Shown here in pieces: positions 57,165 to 64,000 of a DNA stretch of 64,000 nt. The position numbers and the translations under genes were made by a program. The stretch is from Caldilineales bacterium (lineage in GTDB: Bacteria; Chloroflexota; Anaerolineae; Caldilineales; Caldilineaceae), in contig JAAXGZ010000003.1 in the NCBI GenBank assembly GCA_012271135.1, forward strand, positions 452-64,451, in the 5' to 3' direction. Under the pieces are notes generated by a model. It was not told the DNA's origin, did not search any database, and worked only from the letters and a program-made list of their open reading frames with translations. The stretch's first letter is position 1, and each line of letters starts with the position of its first letter.

Positions 57165-58721
57165 GTGATCGCAGTTGTCGACTTCGGGAGCCAGTACTCC
57201 CAGCTGATTTGCCGCCGCATCCGCGAACTGCAGGTTCCGGCGGAGCTGGTCCCCTGGCCAAAGACGGACACCTTCCTCGGCACCAGGGAGGTTCGGGGGG
57301 TGGTCCTTTCGGGCGGCCCCGCAAGCGTCTATGTGGACGGGGCGCCGTCGCTGCCTGCCTCCGTGCTGGCCCGGGGAGTGCCGGTGCTTGGCATCTGCTA
57401 CGGCATGCAGCTGCTGATGCAGGCTCTGGGCGGACGGGTGGAGCCGGCCACGACCAGGGAATTCGGGCAAGCCTCGGTCCGCCACACCGGGGAGTCGGCG
57501 CTGTTCCAGAACATCGAGGCCGCATCAAGTGTCTGGATGAGCCACGGTGACCGGGTGGAGGCCCTGCCCGACGGCTGCCGATCCATCGCCGCCAGTCAGG
57601 GCAGCCCACATGCGGCCGTGGCCGCGGAGGACGGCCGGATCTTCGGCCTGCAGTTCCACCCGGAGGTCAGCCACACCGTCCGCGGGATGGATATCCTGGG
57701 TAACTTTGTGCACGGAATTTGCGGTTGTGACGCAACCTGGACCACCGAAGAACTGGCGGGCGCATGCATCAGGGACATCCGGGCGCGCGTGCCCGCGGAC
57801 GGGCACGTTCTGCTGGCGCTCAGCGGAGGCGTTGACAGCAGCGTCGCGGCGGCACTGGTCCACCAGGCCGTGGGCGATCGCCTGACCTGCATCTTCGTCA
57901 ACAATGGTCTCTTGCGGATGGGAGAGGCGGACCAGGTGCTGAGGGATCTGCGGGAGTGGAATCCACGCCTCCGCATCGAGCCCGTCGACGCTGTGGAGGA
58001 ATTCCTGGAGGACTTGGCGGAGGTCACGGACCCGGAACTCAAACGAACCCGCATCGGTTATCGCTTCATCCGCATATTCGAGCGAGAGGCTGCGCGGCTG
58101 GCAGGGGCGTGGGGTGCCGACGCGTCCCGATTCCTGGTACAGGGCACCATCTACCCGGACGTGATCGAGTCCGCTTCGGGCAGCGGAGAGGCGCATGCCC
58201 AAACCATCAAGACCCACCACAACGTCGGTGGCCTGCCGCCCGACTTGGACTTCGAATTGATCGAGCCGCTGCGCATGTTGTTCAAGGACGAGGTGCGGCG
58301 GCTGGGCGCCGGGCTCGGCCTTCCTGTCTCGCTACTCGAACGACACCCCTTTCCGGGTCCCGGCCTGGCCGTACGCATCCCGGGCGAAGTTACGTGGGAA
58401 CGGTTGGAGACACTGCGCCGGGCCGACGCCATCTTCCTTGAGGAACTGCGTCGGGCAGGCCTGTACACCGCGACCGATCAGGCATTCGCGGTGCTGCTGC
58501 CCGTGCAAAGCGTCGGCGTGATGGGGGATGGCCGGACGCTGCAGAATGTGGTTGCGCTCAGGGCTGTCAGTACGAGCGACTTCATGACGGCAGAGTGGAC
58601 GCGGCTTCCGTGGGATTTGGTGGCGCAAGTGAGTACTCGCATCGTCAACGAGGTGCCGGGGGTCAACCGGGTGGTGTTTGACGTGAGCACCAAGCCGCCG
58701 GCCACGATTGAGTGGGAGTGA
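57165..58721 (+). CDS. guaA: GMP synthase (glutamine-hydrolysing)
   Basis: GTG start. The GATase domain has [29 protein letters not shown] and FGLQFHPEV. The ATP-PPase P-loop is [13 protein letters not shown]. The C-terminus is [15 protein letters not shown]. Confidence 0.95.
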   Translation: MIAVVDFGSQYSQLICRRIRELQVPAELVPWPKTDTFLGTREVRGVVLSGGPASVYVDGAPSLPASVLARGVPVLGICYGMQLLMQALGGRVEPATTREFGQASVRHTGESALFQNIEAASSVWMSHGDRVEALPDGCRSIAASQGSPHAAVAAEDGRIFGLQFHPEVSHTVRGMDILGNFVHGICGCDATWTTEELAGACIRDIRARVPADGHVLLALSGGVDSSVAAALVHQAVGDRLTCIFVNNGLLRMGEADQVLRDLREWNPRLRIEPVDAVEEFLEDLAEVTDPELKRTRIGYRFIRIFEREAARLAGAWGADASRFLVQGTIYPDVIESASGSGEAHAQTIKTHHNVGGLPPDLDFELIEPLRMLFKDEVRRLGAGLGLPVSLLERHPFPGPGLAVRIPGEVTWERLETLRRADAIFLEELRRAGLYTATDQAFAVLLPVQSVGVMGDGRTLQNVVALRAVSTSDFMTAEWTRLPWDLVAQVSTRIVNEVPGVNRVVFDVSTKPPATIEWE

Positions 58722-59095
58722 CATCCGCAAGCAATCGAGGCCGAGTTGCACTTGCCATCGAACTGCCGGTGTTGTCTGCGGTGCGTGTGGATCTGGTTCA
58801 GGAAAAGCCGCATCAAACCCCTCGTGCAGCCGTGCAGGGGATGCCGAGTTGGCCATGCCGAGAATTATTTTTCTGGATCCCGGCGCAGCCTTCTACATGG
58901 TGGGGAGCGGCAATTTCCGCTGCACGACACGCGTTCTCAGGCCCGCGCAGGCAACAGAATGGATCGCGGCGATTGTGTGGATAGGGGCAGGTGCGCCGAC
59001 AATGACCCTATCATAAGGTGAACCTTGGCGTCAGGCGGTTGCCCGGCGCCTGCCTTGAAGTTTGCGAGTAGGAGTGGACACGGCACCGCACTGCC

Positions 59096-60670
59096 ATGGG
59101 AAGTTGGCTCAGGGTGCTGGCCCCGCTGGTTGTTTGTTTGGCTCTGGTTCGTCTGTACAGTTGGTACAAGGCGGAGACCGCGCCGATCCCACCGGGGGTC
59201 CTGATCGGCTACGAAGACTACAGCGACGCGGAGTCCGAAGCGGAAGTGGCCGACTTGATCAGGGCCCGCGTCGGGGAACGGATTCTGGTCCTGTTCAACG
59301 GCGAGCGCCTGATTCTGGAGGCGGAGGAGATCGGCCTGCAGATTGATATGCAGCGAATTCTGCAGGAAGCCGCCCAGTATCTGGAGGGCGATGTCTTCGT
59401 ACGGTTGGTTTTGAGACAGGTGCTGGGACTGCCGCCGGAAATCCACCATGTGCCGGTGTATTACGCGATCGATTTCGAACAGGCCCGGACCTGGCTGTAT
59501 GCCATCAATGAGCAGTACCGGACCGAATCGCAGCCCTACCGGCTTCTGCCCGTGGGCCGCGACTGGCTGGCCGGACAAGGGGACGGGGACGGCTCGTCGC
59601 CGTCCGCCGATCTGGCGTTCATGCCCTATGCCTATCCCGATTGGACTTGGCAGGAGGGGCCACGCGGCATGCAGGTTGATGTGGAAACATCGTTGACGAC
59701 GTTGGCCGAGGCATTTTGGGGTCCCGGCGACCGGGTGTGGACGCTCGCTACGGTGGAAGAGCCGCCCTTGGCTCCCGAACTTGGCTCGCTGGCCAAAGTC
59801 CTGGACGATTTCACCGCCAGTTTTCATGGCTTCGCCTCGTTCTGGATGCAGGACCTGACCACCGGGGAAGTGGTGGAAGTTGACAGCCAAGTGGCGTTTT
59901 CGGGCATGTCCACACTGAAGCTGCTGGTGGTGATGGCCGTCATGGAAGCCATCGACGGGATAGGCTCTGCGACCGACCTGGGCCAGTGGATCGATCTGGC
60001 GCTGGTGGACAGCAACAACTCGGCGGCCAACCTGCTGATGCAGTACCTGGGCGACGGCAGCGTGGTCGCCGGCGCCGCGGCCGTGACCAAGTTCGCACGC
60101 AGTCTGGGCTTGGAGAACTCCTATTACCTGACCGGTTACGATGACCCAGCTCAGGTCGTGCCGCTGGCGACTCCGGCGAATCAGTCCGGTTGGGACACCC
60201 GTCCCGACACCCATCTCCAGTCCACGGCGGGCGACATGGGCCGGATTCTGGCGGGGATGTACGAGTGCACGCAGGGACGCGGCTTCTTTGTTGACACGTA
60301 TCCGGACACCATCACCCCGGAGGAATGCCGGGACGCCCTGTTCTATCTGTCCGGCAACCGCTTCCTCGAAATGCTGTGGGGCGGTCTGCCGGAGAAGGAA
60401 ACGCAGACCGTGTGGCACAAGCACGGGTTCACCGAAGAACAGCACGCCAACGTGGCGTTGGTATGGGGGCCGACCGGACCCTACGTGCTCAGTCTCTTCC
60501 TGTACAAGCCCGGATGGCTCGACTGGGACGTGAGCAACAGCACAATGTACAACGTAAGCCGCATCACCTGGCGCCTGCAGGAACAGGTGGCCGCGGCGGG
60601 GGACCGAACCTTCCAGTCCTCCATGGAACTTCCGACGCCGCAGGGCTACGTGCAGCAGCCCAACCGTTGA
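59096..60670 (+). CDS. membrane-anchored serine hydrolase with class-A beta-lactamase-like C-domain and an unassigned N-domain
   Basis: N-terminal TM helix WLRVLAPLVVCLALV. About 250 aa without a motif I recognise. Then SxxK (FSGMSTLKLLV), an SxN-like loop (VDSNNSAANLL) and a KTG-like HKHG. Confidence 0.7.
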   Translation: MGSWLRVLAPLVVCLALVRLYSWYKAETAPIPPGVLIGYEDYSDAESEAEVADLIRARVGERILVLFNGERLILEAEEIGLQIDMQRILQEAAQYLEGDVFVRLVLRQVLGLPPEIHHVPVYYAIDFEQARTWLYAINEQYRTESQPYRLLPVGRDWLAGQGDGDGSSPSADLAFMPYAYPDWTWQEGPRGMQVDVETSLTTLAEAFWGPGDRVWTLATVEEPPLAPELGSLAKVLDDFTASFHGFASFWMQDLTTGEVVEVDSQVAFSGMSTLKLLVVMAVMEAIDGIGSATDLGQWIDLALVDSNNSAANLLMQYLGDGSVVAGAAAVTKFARSLGLENSYYLTGYDDPAQVVPLATPANQSGWDTRPDTHLQSTAGDMGRILAGMYECTQGRGFFVDTYPDTITPEECRDALFYLSGNRFLEMLWGGLPEKETQTVWHKHGFTEEQHANVALVWGPTGPYVLSLFLYKPGWLDWDVSNSTMYNVSRITWRLQEQVAAAGDRTFQSSMELPTPQGYVQQPNR

Positions 60671-60790
60671 AACGGAGGGTGCCGCGACGCGGCGCCCGTT
60701 CCGGTGCGGGAGCGAACCGACGGCCGGCCTGCTCCCCGGTCGAATCCAGCGGCAGCCAAGCGGGGCGTTTCGCCATCTCTGCCGGCCAAT

Positions 60791-61573
60791 TTACTGGCCG
60801 GTTGGTTCCACCGTGGCCGAGAAGTCCATTTCAAGGACTAGGGGATCCGCCACCCATGTCACGAGCGGCGGCATCGGGACGGAAATGCCCCACTCCTCTC
60901 GCGAAATGGTGGTCGTGCCGCTTCCGGTGAACTCGTGCTCGGACACAAACCGTGCGGAAAGCGCAAAGGACAGGGGAATCTCCTTCCCCAACACACTGAG
61001 TGTTCCTTCCAACTGGCCCTCAAATTCCTGACCCACATCCACCATGGCAGGAACCTCTGCGAAGCCTGTGGGCGTGAAGACGATTTCCGGGTAGGCGCTT
61101 GTCTTCAGGATGAACCTGTTGATGGCGCCGTTCCGTCGGTCGCTGTCCGTGACAAAGGTCGCGGCATCGATCGCCACCGGCTCGAAGGTTGTGGCCATCA
61201 GGTCGGACAGCGTGACTCGGAGCGCCCCCGATACGGTCGAGGTCGCACCCACCACCAGTTTGTGATTGCCTGCCAGGGTCTCCTCGATCAGGAACCGGAC
61301 TTCGGTGGCAGTGGCGTCAAGCACGAAATCGGCAGGTTCAACCACCATAACGGGTTCGTCCGGTTCTTCCTGGGCCGGCGCTTCGGCCGGGCTATCCTCA
61401 GCCTGGGTTTTTTCCGGCTCCTGTGTGTCGTCCTCGACAGTGGTTTCGGGCACGGCTGGCACGGTCATTTCAGCGCAGCTCGCCAACAGCAGCAACAGTA
61501 GAACCGCGGCAAGTGTTCGTAGTAGGACCGACACAAACGTGAGTCCGATCGTAAAGGTTGCGGTGCGGGTCAT
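60791..61573 (-). CDS. YceI-family lipoprotein with acidic linker
   Basis: Internal ATG at 61573. Lipobox LLLLLLASC. Acidic low-complexity linker EDDTQEPEKTQAEDSPAEAPAQEEPDEP. YceI-like body FVLDATATEVRFLIEE...FVTDSDRRNGAINRFILKTSAYPEIVF. Confidence 0.75.
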   Translation of the reverse strand: MTRTATFTIGLTFVSVLLRTLAAVLLLLLLASCAEMTVPAVPETTVEDDTQEPEKTQAEDSPAEAPAQEEPDEPVMVVEPADFVLDATATEVRFLIEETLAGNHKLVVGATSTVSGALRVTLSDLMATTFEPVAIDAATFVTDSDRRNGAINRFILKTSAYPEIVFTPTGFAEVPAMVDVGQEFEGQLEGTLSVLGKEIPLSFALSARFVSEHEFTGSGTTTISREEWGISVPMPPLVTWVADPLVLEMDFSATVEPTGQ

Positions 61574-61802
61574 GGAAAATCCGGATGTGACAGATTTCAG
61601 ACAGGATTGGTATTGGCTTGGCCCAACCGTGGTCGTGGCAAGGACCATCAAGACGATGACGGATGAAGGCCGGCATCCTTTTGGCACCGGCAGCAAGTTG
61701 ACACCGGCCCCGAGCCTACGACGCGTGCGGACCGCGCTGCGTTATGCGTCGGAAAACGGAGGGACAAAAGCCCAAACTGGCTAACCCTACCCACACCGGG
61801 GA

Positions 61803-63683
61803 TCAGGCGGAGGCGGGAGTCAACCCCAGCAGTTCCTCGAAGTCTTCTCGCTCGAGAACCTCTCGTTCCAGCAGGGTTTCGGCCACAAGCTTCAAGTTCG
61901 CCATGTTGTCCTTCAGCAGTTCGATGGTGCGTGCGTAGGCGCGATCGACCAGGGCGCGCACCTCCTTGTCGATTTTCCGGGCCACCGCTTCGCTGTATTG
62001 TCGCTGCTCTCCGATCTCCATGCCCATGAAGGGGTTGTGTTCGCCCTGGTTCAGCTGCATGGGCCCCAGGGATTCGTTCATGCCGTAGCGAGTGATCATG
62101 CTCTGGGCAATCTGGGTTACCCGTTCCAGGTCATTCTCCGCGCCGGTCGTGATGTCCTCGAACACAAGCTCCTCGGCGGCGCGCCCGCCCAGCAGAGCCG
62201 ACAGCTGTGCCTCGAAGTCCGAGACGCTGAGCAGGTTCTTCTCCTCGTTGGGAAGCGGCATGACGTAGCCCAGCGCCTGTCCGCGGCTGATGACAGAAAC
62301 CTTGCTGACATTGTCGGCAAGGTCCAGCAGGGCCATCACGATCGCGTGGCCGGCCTCGTGGTAGGCCACGTAGCGGCGCTCCTTCTCCGTTATGACCCGA
62401 CTTTTGCGGGCGGGGCCAGCCATGACCCGTTCAATGGCTTCCACCAGGTTCTGCATGGTGATGGAGTTCTGATCCTTGCGCGCGGCCAGGATGGCGGCCT
62501 CGTTCATCAGATTTTCCAGGTCCGCTCCCGCCAGGCCCGGGGTTTGGGCCGCAATGGCCTCCAGGTCCGTGTCCTCCGAGAGCGGCTTGCCGCGCGCGTG
62601 GACATCAAGAATGGCGTGCCGTTCATGCCGCTCGGGCAGGTCGACCACCACCTTGCGGTCGAAACGGCCGGGTCGCAGCAGGGCCGGGTCCAGGATGTCG
62701 GGTCGATTGGTGGCGGCAATGACGATTACGTTGGTGCCGCTTTCGAAGCCGTCCATCTCCACCAGGATTTGGTTGAGGGTCTGTTCCCGTTCGTCGTTGC
62801 CGCCTCCCATGCCGGCACCCCGGTGTCGGCCGACGGCGTCAATCTCGTCGATGAAGACAATGCAGGGAGCCTGTTCCTTGGCCTGCTTGAAAAGGTCCCG
62901 GACCCGGCTGGCGCCGACGCCCACGAACATCTCCACAAACTCGGAGCCGGAACTGGAGAAGAACGGCACGCCGGCCTCGCCGGCCACCGCCTTGGCCAGC
63001 AAGGTCTTGCCGGTGCCGGGCGATCCCACCATCAGGACGCCCTTGGGGATGCGGGCCCCCAGTTCCTCGAACTTGGCCGGTTCGTTCAGGAACTCCACCA
63101 CTTCCTGCAACTCCTGCTTGGCCTCGACCAGGCCGGCCGCGTCGTCGAAGGTGATGTTGGTGTGGTGCTCTGGTTCGACCTTCTTGGCGCGGCTTCGGCC
63201 GAATTGCAGCGCACGGTTGGGGCCGGCACCGCTTTGGCGCATGATGAACAGGAAGAAGCCCAGGATGATCAGCATGGGCAGGATGATGAGGAACCCGCTC
63301 AGAATGGCCGCGAACCGGGGCGGATTGCGGAAAGTGATATTCAGGGAGTTGAGGATCTCGGGATTCACCCCGAGGTTGGCCAGACTGTCGTAGATGCTGG
63401 CCTCCATCTCCTTGCGGGAGCGCAACACGTTGTCGTTGTTGAGGCGCACCGCGATGGCGTCGCCCTCTACATCAATGCCGGCCAGCCTGCCCGTACTCGC
63501 CAGTTCCGCCACGCGGTTGAGGCCAACCGTGTCGGTGCGGGACGTGTTGAAGACCAGGAGCCGCACGGCCACCACCCCCACGATGACAAGCAGGATCCAG
63601 ACCCATCCCTGGGACAGGAGATCGGACCATTTTTGAGGGGGACGGTTGCGGGGGCCGGAGCCGCCTTCCGGGTTGTTGGTCAT
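61803..63683 (-). CDS. ftsH: ATP-dependent zinc metalloprotease FtsH
   Basis: Walker [19 protein letters not shown], Walker [16 protein letters not shown] segment [19 protein letters not shown], zinc site HEAGHAIV. 626 aa. Confidence 0.95.
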   Translation of the reverse strand: MTNNPEGGSGPRNRPPQKWSDLLSQGWVWILLVIVGVVAVRLLVFNTSRTDTVGLNRVAELASTGRLAGIDVEGDAIAVRLNNDNVLRSRKEMEASIYDSLANLGVNPEILNSLNITFRNPPRFAAILSGFLIILPMLIILGFFLFIMRQSGAGPNRALQFGRSRAKKVEPEHHTNITFDDAAGLVEAKQELQEVVEFLNEPAKFEELGARIPKGVLMVGSPGTGKTLLAKAVAGEAGVPFFSSSGSEFVEMFVGVGASRVRDLFKQAKEQAPCIVFIDEIDAVGRHRGAGMGGGNDEREQTLNQILVEMDGFESGTNVIVIAATNRPDILDPALLRPGRFDRKVVVDLPERHERHAILDVHARGKPLSEDTDLEAIAAQTPGLAGADLENLMNEAAILAARKDQNSITMQNLVEAIERVMAGPARKSRVITEKERRYVAYHEAGHAIVMALLDLADNVSKVSVISRGQALGYVMPLPNEEKNLLSVSDFEAQLSALLGGRAAEELVFEDITTGAENDLERVTQIAQSMITRYGMNESLGPMQLNQGEHNPFMGMEIGEQRQYSEAVARKIDKEVRALVDRAYARTIELLKDNMANLKLVAETLLEREVLEREDFEELLGLTPASA

Positions 63684-64000
63684 GAAATGGCGGGGATCAA
63701 GGCACTGGATGGTTCAGCATAAGGCACGGTGCCGGAACGGCGCGTGATCGTATTGCCAACCGCATAAAGTTTCAAGGGGCCGGCCGAACCCCGCGCAGCG
63801 TGCCCGCGCAATCGAGACCGTACCCGGACGACAGGGACTATGGACGTCCTCCACTGGACCCCGCGACCTCGCAAGGGACTCTTTCCGCGGGTCGGTTTCA
63901 ACCGGATCGCGTTCTGTCGTTTCCATGGCAATTCCCCGGGACGAGATGCGCGTCGGTCCGTCAGTTCAAGGCGTCCAGCCGCTCCCTGATGCTGGTGCCC

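Noticed and set aside
63961-64000. Thirteen codons ending in a stop on the minus strand (...GTSIRERLDALN*) at the window edge.
   Set aside because: It may be the 3' end of a gene continuing beyond the window, but it is far too short to support a call.
1-64000. tRNA, rRNA, CRISPR repeats, and retron or reverse-transcriptase genes.
   Set aside because: I saw no T-loop/acceptor-type tRNA signatures (GGTTCGAATCC-like boxes occur only inside coding sequence). I also found no short regularly spaced direct repeats and no RT motifs. A tRNAscan/Infernal run would be needed to be definitive.

Overview
High-GC (roughly 60-65% by eye) bacterial chromosomal segment. I found no rRNA, tRNA or CRISPR array. 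Phylum cannot be established from sequence alone; the many Uma2 and ISAs1 relics make Chloroflexota-like only a guess.

Conserved core:
- SPFH/NfeD and MoxR/VWA pairs, ilvE, and an alpha/beta hydrolase.
- Two CUT1-type sugar ABC loci, both lacking an ATPase gene; the second has a tandemly duplicated binding protein.
- A five-gene Opp/Dpp-type peptide ABC operon.
- leuS, HIT, argG and argJ.
- An AapJQMP-type amino-acid ABC operon.
- Two tandem glutamine synthetases followed by guaA.
- A beta-lactamase-like serine hydrolase, a YceI lipoprotein and ftsH.

Accessory regions:
1. 16.5-19.8 kb: two paralogous, unusually long Uma2 (DUF820) nucleases. Each is followed by a conserved, structured, non-coding tail of about 200 nt.
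2. 26.1-40.7 kb: a compositionally patchy island wedged between a fatty-acid hydroxylase gene and leuS.
   - Apparently intact genes: a membrane-anchored protein built from three 128-aa tandem repeats, a self-inhibited Fic enzyme with a double palindromic operator, an AAA_14/DUF4143 ATPase, a DUF2442-HTH fusion, an AAA-ATPase_like/PD-(D/E)XK protein and a fused MNT-HEPN protein.
   - Inactivated modules: an XRE antitoxin with its HTH deleted, a truncated RM-like gene, a DUF433/DUF5615 pair, DUF4160 and HigBA.
   - Mobile DNA: ISAs1 relics, an IS630 relic, and two MITE-like insertions whose target-site duplications are readable.

The most unusual signal is a C-terminal module of about 60 aa (LxxxLRxxLGxxLxPAxLxRIEAAWxxxGPPP...QQAPxxWxSLL). 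It is shared by both Uma2 nucleases and the MNT-HEPN protein, that is, by three different effector scaffolds.
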